From assembly GCA_020891255.1 (NCBI GenBank), contig BQFW01000005.1, forward strand, positions 1,302,001 to 1,366,000: a stretch of 64,000 nucleotides of DNA. Reading direction: 5' to 3'. The translations under genes and the position numbers were made by a program. Within the stretch, counting starts at the first letter, position 1. Each line of letters begins with the position of its first letter. Under the pieces are notes generated by a model. It did not search any database. It saw only the letters and a list, made by a program, of their open reading frames with translations, and was not told the DNA's origin. Below are positions 25,338 through 36,899 of this stretch, piece by piece. Source of the stretch: Entomortierella parvispora E1425 (lineage: Eukaryota; Fungi; Mortierellomycota).

Positions 25338-28300
25338 ATGGATGCACTGGAGCGGCTAAAGCAGTTTCGATACAAGAAGCAACAGGAAGCAGCCAGTGCA
25401 GGAGCCAATGGTACCAGCCCTTCGACGATCAACCCATCCTACAGGAACATCAAACACACGCCGGCTGCTGTTGTACCGGCCAAGAAAGAACCCGCTATCC
25501 TGGTCCTTGCATCTTCAGATGCCGAACCAGACGATGACAGCGATGCGGAGCTGAGAACCAAAGTCAACAATATGTCAACTGGATCTCCCCTACGTGGCTC
25601 ACCCAAGCCGTCCACCATCTCATCTCATTCTTCGTCCTCGAGTTCGCCTACCTTAAGTCGCAGTAACTCTGGCCAGTCATCTGCGGGACTGCAGAGACTG
25701 TCAACTATAAAACCTCCTACGTCATCTTCCGTTCAAGGAGCGGTGCCATTCAAGAGTCTGGTAGGAGCCTTTCGATATACTGGGGATGGTGCCTCGTCTT
25801 CAAGTCCTGTTCCTGTGCCTGGAGAGAGCGATCATGATCTGAGTAGTCCAGAGGCCAGCGATGGGGACGTGGTCATGCTAGATGATCGGTCATCCTCAAA
25901 GTCCAGCTACAGCGTCTCCAAGTCGACAAAACGCATTTTGATCAGGAGTGACGACGACGACGAGGATCACAGTGCTTCTTCTACACCTAAACCCAGGAGA
26001 CGTTTGGTCCGCAAAGGAGGTTCAGTTCCTGATGAAGACGAGCAAAAGGATACTTCTGAATCTAAGAAACGCCGGATCAAGAGAGTCATTATTGACTCGG
26101 ACGACGAGGAAGATGACATGGCTCTGGCAAAGGCGATCGAACTGTCCATGGCTAGCAACCGTTCTTCGAAATCGCCCACAAAGTGGGTGTCTGATGAGGA
26201 AGAACTTGGCGACGACATTCTATGGGAGACCGCTATGGACAGGACTTTGGCGCAGCTGCAGACTTCTTTCCCAAATGTCTCGTTTGATGATTTAAAGAAG
26301 ACTTTGAAGGAATCTGGCGGGGATTATTCGGCAGCTGCGAGCAAATTGGCGTCGACCTCAACTTTGTCTCTATTTGACTTGAGTGCTTCTCCGAAGAAAT
26401 CAATTTCCTCAACATCATCGCCAAAATCACCATCGTCATCATCATCATCATCACCGTTCAATCGTTTCAAAACAGAGGCGCCACCTTCTTCCGCAAAGTC
26501 GGTAGCTCCGTTTTTTGCCAAAAAGATCGCCTCTACATCCAAGTCATCTGTCCAAACCATCAGGAAACCCCCTATCGTCAAGGAGGAGAAGAAGAGGAAG
26601 CCCATTGTCGTCAATGAAATTTCATCCGACGATGGAGATGAGGACGATTACGACGGACCCACCAGCAATTATAGAGCCCAGGATCGTAAAGAGGAGCGAG
26701 CCTTGCAGTTCTTCAACGAATCAACCCAACTGGAGCTTCAGGAACTCAGCGGATGTTCAAAATCCCAGGCGAACCTGGTCATTGGACTGCGACCCTTTGA
26801 TAATTTTGATCAGCTCTGTGTTATCCTTCGGAAGACCAAAGGTGTCGGCGAAAAGATTGTCAACAATTATTTGACGACTACAGATGCGATCAGGGCCGTA
26901 GATATGATGCTAAAGACTGTCGATCGTGTTCGGGAAGATCTTGTCGGAACCTTGAGTGTCTGGTGCGGAGAAGAGCATGGGCAACTGTTTGCAAATGCAT
27001 CGTCGAGCAACAGCATGGAAGTCAAAGAGAAAAATGAGGAGGAAGGAGAGGACGAGGAACCTGGCATGGAGCTGCTGGATATCAACATTGAAAAACTGGA
27101 AGGAACCCCTGCAGGCCGGAAAGCAATGGAGGGCTTTATCAGGAGACAACCTAAGAATATGGCACCTGGATTCCAACTCAAAGGATATCAGCTCTTGGGT
27201 ATCAACTGGCTCGCTCTTCTCTGGCGCAAAAAGCTCTCGGGAATTCTTGCAGATGAGGTTCGTTTTCTATTCATGTGAATTGTGCTGACCTTTAAGCATT
27301 CGTTGGCCTACAAAACTAACGCGATTTTTTTTCCTTTTTTTTTTTTTTTTTTTTTTTTGTTCAGATGGGTCTTGGAAAGACAGCTCAGGTCATTGCATTC
27401 CTTGCTCATCTCAAAGATATCAACGAGGATGGCCCTTTCCTCATCATCGTCCCTTCATCGACCCTATCAAACTGGCTTCGAGAATTTGAAAAGTTTTGCC
27501 CTGAACTGGATGTCCGATGCTACTATGGAACGCAGGCAGAGCGCGAAGAGCTTCGCGAAGAGCTGGAGGATGACCCTACATATGATGTTGTGGTGACGAC
27601 CTATACGGTGGCGACAGGCAACAACGACGAGCGCAAATTTTTGAATAGGAGGAACTTCAAGGGAATTGTGTTAGACGAAGGTCATATGGTCAAAAACTGC
27701 ACCAGTATGCGATACAAGCAGCTGATGAGCATCAAGACACCCTTCCGACTATTACTTACAGGAACGCCTCTTCAAAACAACTTGGAAGAACTGTTGTCGT
27801 TGATGATCTTTATCATGCCAAAATTGTTCGCAGAGCACGAGGAGGTCCTGCGCACCATGTTCAAGGTCAAGGTCGATGCACAGAGCGAAAAATCCACACT
27901 GCTGTCTCAGGAACGTATCTCGCGAGCAAGGTTGATGTTGGCCCCATTCGTTCTCAGGAGAAAGAAGATTCATGTACTCAAGGATCTACCAAGGAAGGTT
28001 GAGCGTGTGATCTATTGCGATCTGGATCCGGATCAGAGGGCACTTTACGACAACATCATTGTGCAGAACAGTGAGACGATCCAGTTAGACGACGACAGCT
28101 CATTGGATACCGCAGCAGCGGCCTTGAGCGCAGTAGAGTTGGACGGCTTGGGCGGAAAGGCCAAGGAGAAGGCTATCAAGGCAGCAGCCAAGAAGCCAAC
28201 TGCAGCCGCCGTCAAAAAGAGCAATAACGAGTTGGCGAATGTTTTGATGCAGCTTCGTAAGGCGGCAGATCATCCCATGTTATTCCGAGAGTTGTATAAG

Positions 28301-29486
28301 GACTCGGATCTGAAAAAGATGGCTAAGGCGATTACCAAGGAGGTTGAGTTCTGCGACTCTAATATCGACTATATCGAAGAGGACATGTCTGTTATGACGG
28401 ATTTCGAGCTCCATCGTCTGTGTAAACAGTATAAGGTAAGATGTACACCAACGCCAGAAGTTGTTTCTGAATGCATTCTGCGAGAAGGCACTGACTTTTA
28501 TTTTTTAATTCTTTTTTTTTTTTTTTTTTTTTTTTTGACAAATAATAGAGCGTCAACAAGTTTGCTCTGCCAGAGGATCAATGGATGCGTGCTGGAAAGG
28601 TCAATGAGTTGCAACGTCTTTTGCCAAAGTTGATTTACGAGGACAAGTCCAGGATTTTAATCTTTTCCCAATTTACTATGGTCCTGGACATCTTGGAGCC
28701 TGTGATGAAGACTATGGGATTCAAATACTTGCGATTGGATGGAGGAACCAAGGTCGAGGAACGCCAACCTATGATCGACTCGTTTAATGACGACGAGTCG
28801 TACAAGGTTTTCTTGCTGTCAACTAAAGCTGGAGGGTTCGGTATCAACTTGACCGGTGCCAACGTGGTCATCATGTACGATTTGGATTACAATCCTCATA
28901 ACGACAAGCAGGCCGAGGATCGAGCTCATCGTAAGTTGCAACTATTTTTGATCACAAATCCATAGTGGCCCTTGAATTTGAGAGTATGTGAATGCAAAAT
29001 ACTTACTTATTTGTATCTCCGGGCAATGCTTTAGGTGTCGGGCAAACCAGAGAGGTTGAAGTCATCCGACTACTCGGAAAGGACACAATTGAGGAGCAGA
29101 TCTACCAACTCGCCAATTTGAAACTGAAGCTGGACCATCACGTCAGCAACGATGATGCGGCGCTTGCAGCGGCGGCTGGAGGCACCGGCGGTGCGTCAGA
29201 TAACTCGTCTTCTGCATCAGGCTCTTCGACCCCAAGTGCTGGAATCTTGAGTTTGTTCAAGCAAAACTGGAAGGCGACGCATTCTGCAGCCCTGACCCGA
29301 CAGGAGGAAAAGAAGGCAACATCAACGACAACGTCTGCGAGCCCGAAGAACGATGTATCAAAAGGATCGAATGAACGGGAGGACAAAATGACTAAAAAGG
29401 GAAAGGAAAAGGAGACCAAGAAGACGAGAAGTAGGAGCGTGTCGTCATCGTCGTCTTTGTCAGATTGGGATGATGATAGCTCATAG
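25338..29486 (+). CDS. FUN30: SNF2-family chromatin remodeler, Fun30/SMARCAD1/Fft3 subfamily
   Basis: join(25338..27257,27365..28435,28549..28930,29035..29486). LADE|MGLGKT (motif I), VLDEGH (II), LLLTGTPLQNNL (III), ILIFSQFTMVLDILE, LSTKAGGFGINL, QAEDRAHRVGQ; CUE-like segment LQTSFPNVSFDDLKKTLKESGGD in the N-terminus. Confidence 0.92.
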
Positions 29487-29715
29487 AGTCACACGATGTC
29501 ATTGCGTAAACACAATGATACCACAATAAAATCAAAAGACGCCGAGCGCGTGTGCACCTCTCTTTGTTCATTCCCTCACCCTCAGTTCTGTATGCGAGCA
29601 TACCATGGCCACACGATTCCCATTCCTACTACACCAGGCACACTCGCATGAGACGACTTTCTGGTCACTCACTGGAATGGACAAACTTCATCCTTTTCCT
29701 CTTTTACTCATAACC

Positions 29716-31025
29716 ATGTAGTCTTTGTGAGCCACGTCCTGCACCGCAGGCTCTTCAGTTCCCGGAGATTTTGGAACGAATCTTCTTTCATCTCAGGGAG
29801 TACCATATACGATTTGTCGTCTCGCTTGTCTCTCGCCATTGGAGAGATGTCGCTCGCTTATTTGTCCATAAGTCGCTGTACTGGTATGCAAGCGAGGGTA
29901 CCAGCCTAGGACAACAAGGGGACCATCTCTCATCTTTCCACCTCGCCAGCACGCTTATCTGCAAACAACACTTCACACACTTTATTTATATTGGCAGGAG
30001 AGGGTGAGGCTGAAGAAGGATTTTCATGCCTTCCTATGCCAATCGCCTCATCTAGTCCACCTCAGAGCAGAGACAGTCATCAGATGTGATGGTTTGGACC
30101 CTAATCTGTTTCTACCCTCTCGCAATGGCGTCTCGACCTCTTCGGCGGATCCTCTTTTGGAAACAAAACATGATGCAGGTCACCATCCGCTGCTGTGGGC
30201 TAGCCGACGCCTCCCGACGCTTCATATTCAATTTGAAATAGATCGATGGGAAAACTTTCGGCAATGGCGACTGATTTATGGATATATCTCCCGACTCTGT
30301 CCACAACTACAGGAACTATATATCAACATGAAGACGACCTGCTGGGCTCTCATTACCGGGTCGGACCCAGGGCTTGAGGCGATTGACGTTGACCATCCTA
30401 ATGGAACGAAATGCGTCCGAGCTAAAGCCATTGGTGGCAGCAGACTTGAGCTGGATGGGTCTCCTGAATCTCCAATTTCACGATCTAGATCCAGAGCGAC
30501 CGCGGACTCTTGCAGAACAAAAAGCATGTGGAAGATCCAGACACCTCTGAATTCAGAACTCTTGCTCTTGAGGAAGATCCAGCGCAGCAATGGCGACAAA
30601 GTTGTACGATTTCAGGTCGTGTGTTGAATGGAGCCGAACCAACGCAATTGACTTATAGGGATGAGATAATCGCAGTGGACCAACTTCAGCAGCGGCGAGC
30701 GATCAAGACTATCTTTGGGAGGAGAGGCGACGGAGGCTTTAAGAAATTTGTTTCTCGTTTGCATGGGCTCGTGAAAAGAAAACCGTTACGTAGACGACCC
30801 GTTCCTTGCCAGGCTCAGCTGGCTTCTGAGGTCGACAGCCTTCAAATGTCAGTGCCAGTGCCGTTTCCAAAGGAGAGGGTTGTTATTGAAGGCGTCGATA
30901 TCACAGATCTAGGTGAAATCTCTGATCTCGATATCTGTTATCAAACTCAACCGCCGTTTGATCCGACAACATCAAGGAGAGAATATGGTGTGTGGCCGCT
31001 ACTGGAAACGATTGTCACCGATTGA
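29716..31025 (+). pseudogene. F-box protein pseudogene (Mortierella-type expanded family)
   Basis: ALQFPEILERIFFHLREYHIRFVVSLVSRHWRDVA is an F-box motif. ATG at 29716 is followed directly by TAG, and the body is split over ORFs 29771-30007, 30004-30627 and 30510-31025. Confidence 0.75.
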
Positions 31026-31443
31026 CATAAGAGAACAAGGGGGAGTTTCGCATTCCAAAATGAGGTTAGATCTGTTTCGAAGCATCAGACCAGATGTGCG
31101 GATGCAATCCGAGATTACACCACTCCTCGATGAAATATTTTGATCACAATATGCAAAAAAAAAAACACGAGATTTTCATGTTCATTTCGATCATAGTAAA
31201 GGCTCTGACCATCGCTGTCTCTACAATAATCGTGTATGCGTTTGAAATGAGACACAAGATATGGGTCGTTTATTCATACGCTGTTGCAGGTATCACTTAT
31301 TGTTGGAGATGTGGCACTGAGTTTGATGACGAGAAAAGAAATAGAAAATAAAAAACATGTAGATCACGGGATCTCCGGGAGGGCTCCAAAACAAAAGGAA
31401 CGCGTTGGCCCCCAGAAGAGTCCTTACAGCGAAAAAAAAAGGA

Positions 31444-32217
31444 TTAGATCCACTTTTTGCGCAAAATGTTCTCTTTTCCCTTGGTCTCTGAAGCAGCTGG
31501 CGTGCGGTTAAAGTAATTTGATCCGCTGCACAGGATCTGAGTCTCTGTTCGAGATCGCTTCGGGCGTCTTTCGTCGTTGCTTGGATCCGATGAGGTCCTG
31601 CGGATACGAGTTGGAACTGGGATGCGCGAAATAAATGGGCGTGGCTTGTTTTCTGTTCTCTTGAAAGTGGCAGGACTCATATCCGGTTTAGGTGCAAGCA
31701 CAGCGGCTCGGATCTCTGGGGTTTTCTCTTTGATACCGTCCTGTGTGATTTCAGAATCTTTCAAGCTTACGCTGTTGTCTTCTTGTCCGCTTGCCAGCAC
31801 TGTCGTGCTCAAGGGGATTCTTGTCATCTCTTGCTCTTTGATAAAATGCTCTGGTGACACGTATTTGGGGGGTACCATCTGGTCCTGTCCGATAGAGTTA
31901 CAGCCAGAAGAGGGCGCAGAAACAGAGGTAGTATGAAGTTGGTTTGTGATCTCGGACAGCAGAGAGGGTGTGTAGACTCTCTGGGGAGTGGAAACCAAGC
32001 TTGGATACGTCTCCACTTCCACAAAAGAAGGGCCAGCAGGGGTGAGTGGCCACGGTGAGCTTGCCTTTCCCTGTCGAGCCTGCTCGCTCACTCGGCTGTG
32101 CTCTTCAAAAATAGCCCACGGCTTGGCGCGCTTTTCTCGAGAGCGCTGGAACATAGCGACGGTGTCCCGGAAAGAGAAAGATGCTTGTGGGCACGAAGGA
32201 TTCGACTGTTGAGACAT
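31444..32217 (-). CDS. Hypothetical low-complexity protein (257 aa)
   Basis: ATG-initiated 257-aa ORF, S/P/T/R-rich, no recognised domain. Confidence 0.5.
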   Translation of the reverse strand: MSQQSNPSCPQASFSFRDTVAMFQRSREKRAKPWAIFEEHSRVSEQARQGKASSPWPLTPAGPSFVEVETYPSLVSTPQRVYTPSLLSEITNQLHTTSVSAPSSGCNSIGQDQMVPPKYVSPEHFIKEQEMTRIPLSTTVLASGQEDNSVSLKDSEITQDGIKEKTPEIRAAVLAPKPDMSPATFKRTENKPRPFISRIPVPTRIRRTSSDPSNDERRPKRSRTETQILCSGSNYFNRTPAASETKGKENILRKKWI

Positions 32218-33668
32218 GCTGATAAGATGAGGTTAAACTGGTAGATGGGTCTGCGCGTAAAAAGACTCGCGTCGAGAGAAAGTGAGCAGGGTTGGCTGGA
32301 GCGGGGTTCAGTGGGGTCTTGGCGGTGCGTGGGAAGAGAAAAACGACTGCGGACCAAACTGAACAAACGTCCTGATGACGCCGCCTTGTCACGTGTGCAA
32401 ATACATGTGCGCGTCTCTTGGAAGTCGCCAGGTTGGGGGTCCCACGACACAGAGCAGATTCGCAGACTAAACATATTGTTGCGATGATGCTGTGCTGGAC
32501 AGAGTGACTGCTGTTGCAAGGACCTTCTTTCTGCTTTATGAAAAGCCCTCAGTCAAATCAATGCTAGTCTCCGAAGGCAATACGAGTGTTGACGACTCTG
32601 CAGTAGCATATTTGTGGGGCACAATGCAGCGAATTCTATGTGAGGAGTGAACATGCTGTAAAGATCCTTGGTACATGTCGGTCCCCATCCACTAGCACGC
32701 TGCATTCATTCACTTCAGAGAGTTTGTCTGCTTATAGGTCCTTTCCCTCGTTATCGTCTCCAGTTTTCAGTTCATCTGTCGATCATCCATCCACCTTCAG
32801 GGTCCACTATTTGATTATATCAGCTCAGCGAGAAAAGAGATCAGGGGGACAAGGCCATTCCGGCCGTTGTGTTGATGGCTTTGGATGAAAGGAGAACGAG
32901 CACAAAGAGACTGGAGTCCAGAGATGCAAGGGGACTTGTGGGTACATGGTCATCGTTGTTTCTTGCGAAGCAAGCATAGAAGCGTTCATCCTGATTACTC
33001 TCGTGTGTAAAACATGGATGCACATCTCAGCCCCATCTTTGCTGCTTTACAGCCATATCATTCTTGACCAGTGTGGCCCCAACTCCATGGGTGATGGCAG
33101 ACTGCAAGCCGTTTTTTTTTTTGCCTTTGTATTTAAGCTCGCCTTTTTTGCTTTTTTCGCTTTTCTTCTTTCCTTCTTCTCTTCCTCACCCCTCTCCCTT
33201 CTCCCCTCCACCTCCTCCTCTCCTCTACAGTCCGGCCGGCATAGCAAGTTAAGTTTTCACTTCCAGCCCTCCTCTCCCTCCTCTCCCTCCTCTTTCTCCA
33301 CCTCTTCCGCCTCCATCCTTCCCCCAAGACCGTTCTTTGCTCTGTGCTTTCCACTGCGCCTTCCTTGATTCTCATACACCCCTTCACAGTCCAGCCATAT
33401 ACCCTTCCACAGTACAGACCTTCCGTAGCAACTTCCGACCACAAGCACCTCAAACAGAAACCTGTGGGGCTCGTCTGACAGCGCTCCCGGCTGTGTCCAC
33501 AACACTTTCAGCACTCAAAACATCAAGGCAAGTCTGAAAAAGGCACGCTTCTGGTTTGTTTACTTTTGCTTTTTTGACGCGTTACTAACCCCCACTCTCT
33601 GCTTTCTCGTTGTCAACAGGTTCCGACAAGACAGTCGATGTCTCATTATGAAGCCAGAGTCCTTTGAA

Positions 33669-35410
33669 GTCTCGACTGCTCTCATGTCTAGAGTCAGCCA
33701 AGGTACGGCAGTGTGTGTTTGTGTGATTGAATCGAGAGGCACGGCTTGGAGGCGACGTGAGCGGGGCTCTCCAACTGGTAGCGGATGAGTTTTGGTTGAT
33801 GTCCGAGTGCTGTTTGGTCCTTTCCACCTTTACCACCCCTAGTCTGTCCATGGCATAGACTGCGGTGCGTTTTCAGTACCCTCCTCTCTCTTTTTTTTAT
33901 TATTGTTTTTGTTTGTTTATTATTGCTTTCCTTGAAGTGCTTTCTCTCCCCCCTCTACCCCGGCATTGTGTGGACTTGCCCCTGGCCGTGTTGACCCTTC
34001 CCCGCCAGAGGTCCCCTTTTCCAAGTTTTCCGGACCGCCCAGACTCTTGCGAATCGTCGGCAGGCACTCCCTTTGAAGTTTTTCTCCCTTTTGTGCATTC
34101 TCGGAATGGTCCTCCCCTTCCACTTCGGTGTCAGTATCTGTGGACTACCATCTTGCTCGTGGGTTCATATCCATATGTCCCACATCCTTCCTTGTCCAAC
34201 TCCTTATCAGGACTCGAGGCAGTTCTGAGCGCGGCTGTAGCAGCCACTTCTCTCGGTCTCCCCTGGTTATCTCGTGGGCAAGATATAAAGCGGCTGAAGG
34301 CCCGCAGCTGTTCCCACCTTTTGTGTGGGAGGGGCCGACTGCTCATGGCGATCAGTAAGGTGTATCGGAGAGGGTTAATAGTGGATCTAAGGAGCTAGTG
34401 CGGATTTTGTCAACATCATACACTGACCGTTACATTTTTTTTCTTCAGTCTTCCTAGCTCTTTAATAGAGATGCGAGAAATCCATGCAAAGAAGCCACTA
34501 CAGAACAGCTGGCTGAAAGTTCGATTTGCAAGTCGACGGAATGGTGCCCTTGATGTCTCGACTGCTCTCAAGTCTAGAGTTAGCCAAGGTACGGCAGTGT
34601 GTGTTTGTGTGATTGAATCGAGAGGCACGGCTTGGAGGCGACGTGAGCGGGGCTCTCCAACTGGTAGCGGATGAGTTTTGGTTGATGTCCGAGTGCTGTT
34701 TGGTCCTTTCCACCTTTGCCACCCCTAGTCTGTCCATGGCATGGACTGCGGTGCGTTTTCAGTACCTTCCTCTCTCTTTTGTTTTTATTATTGTTTTTGT
34801 TTGTTTATTATTGCTTTCCTTGAAGTGCTTTCTCTCCCCCCTCTACCCCGGCATTGTGTGGACTTGCTCCTGGCCGTGTTGACCCTTCCCCGCCAGAGGT
34901 CCCCTTTTCCAAGTTTTCCGGACCGCCCAGACTCTTGCGAATCGTCGGCAGGCACTCCCTTTGAAGTTTTTCTCCCTTTTGTGCATTCTCGGAATGGTCC
35001 TCCCCTTCCACTTCGGTGTCAGTATCTGTGGACTACCATCTTGCTCGTGGGTTCATATCCATATGTCCCACATCCTTCCTTGTCCAACTCCTTATCAGGA
35101 CTCGAGGCAGTTCTGAGCGCGGCTGTAGCAGCCACTTCTCTCGGTCTCCCCTGGTTATCTCGTGGGCAAGATATAAAGCGGCTGAAGGCCCGCAGCTGTT
35201 CCCACCTTTTGTGTGGGAGGGGCCGACTGCTCATGGCGATCAGTAAGGTGTATCGGAGAGGGTTAATAGTGGATCTAAGGAGCTAGTGCGGATTTTGTCA
35301 ACATCATACACTGACCGTTACATTTTTTTTTCTCATTCAGCCTTCCTAGCCCTTTCATAGAGATGCGAGAAGTCCATGCAAAGAAGCGACTACAGAAGAG
35401 CAGGCTCGAA
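33669..35410. repeat. Near-identical tandem duplication, ~888-bp period
   Basis: ~33669-34520 vs ~34556-35410. Identical shadow ORFs recur at offset 888 (33920-34123 / 34808-35011; 34128-34358 / 35016-35246). Confidence 0.93.
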
Positions 35411-35570
35411 GTAGATTTACCAGTCGACATGGTCACACTTGGTCCATGCAGGGGCTCTCATTTTTCCATGTGTACTCTGTCACGCAAACTTCGTTCAATA
35501 AAGTTGTTTTATTTTTGAAGACATATCGAAACTTGAACCGTGCCTTCATCCCGCCGATCCATACTCCTCA

Positions 35571-36490
35571 TTATGACCACGATGGACCCACATGCCTAAA
35601 AACCCAAGATTCCATGTCCATTCCTTCTTGTTTACAGCTGATATTGACTGATGCATATAGCTTGTATCCTTGGGTTCGGAAAGCTGCCAGAAGTCTACAC
35701 AATAAAAGTCGCGACTGAACTGTGTGTTCCTTGGATGTATTGAAGAATGGGTTCCCATTCATTTTGAATTGGTATGACCCCTCATGATCGCCTTCTTTCT
35801 GAATGCTATTTCCATGGATGCAGTCAACCAAAGATAGTATCAGAGTTAAAAGACATCTTTTTTTTTCATTTGGTACATGTCTGATTGCTCTTGTTATCAT
35901 ACCCCTTTGACCAGTTCTTGGCAATGACATCGCGGACAAACGCTGTGAGGACCAATGGTGCATCAATGAGTCGGACCACGTCCGTCTTGTTGAAGCTCAC
36001 TGCAAACATGTCCACGTTTCTGTCGACCACACTGGCTCCCAAGCCAGGAGTCATCCTCTCAAAAAACATGGCGTCCAAGTCTACAGAGTCCTTGCTCACA
36101 TCTGCAGCCTGGATCAAGTTCCATCCCCGCTCCACCATCGTCTTCAAAAGCCGGTAGAGTAACCGTCTTGATTTGACGCCTTCCGATCCAGATCCAACCC
36201 AAGGATAGCCGCTCAATTTGAACTGATGCGCGGGCGGGATCCGCTCCTCCTTTTGGATCGGACCCCAAGCATCCAGGATTGTCTCCCGGATAGAGTCAAT
36301 CAGGTCAAAAGGTGCCTCAATGAGCCGAATCTTGTCGTTGCCGTGTAACGAGATGCAGCAAATATCGGCCGAAAGATGATGACTCTCTAGCGAGACCGCC
36401 GAGTAGTCGGGTAGGTCAGACGAAGTCCCAGCGTCGTCGATATTGGCTCTGTGGGTGAAGGTGGTTGTGGTATCGTGTACTTTTCCCATG
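35571..36490 (-). CDS. Uncharacterised protein made of two tandem homologous alpha/beta domains
   Basis: complement(join(35571..35805,35903..36490)); GTATGA...TAG intron in phase. Internal repeat: DKIRLIEAP...WGPIQKE...FKLSGYPW...SRRLL / DVVRLIDAP...WSKGIQKE...FKMNGNPF...SRLLL. Confidence 0.8.
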
Positions 36491-36899
36491 GCGTGAATGG
36501 GTTTTGCTTTTTGGAATGAGCGGGGAAAACTTTTTTGTTCCTGTGATGAGGGCGAGCAATGAGAATGAGTTGGCCGAGAATGCATCGCCAAAATTTTCTT
36601 GGGCTTCAAAAACCCGGAAAGTTCAAAGGTGTCGACTTTTGGTTGCCCCAGCCCAAGGCTAGCGCAGCCTATCAACGCTAAAGAAAATTCAGGGTGGAAG
36701 GAAGAGAACAATGGCATGCATCGTTGAAACAAGAAATAGTTGTAGTAAAAATATTGGGATATATTTTATGTAATATATTTTGTCCGCATAAAAACATTGA
36801 GGATGCCGAATAAAAAAACATGAGGAAGGAAAAGAGAAAAGTATGTGCAAGATGGAAAGAAAAAAAAAAGGAGGACAAGGGAAGACAGGATGGACTATC

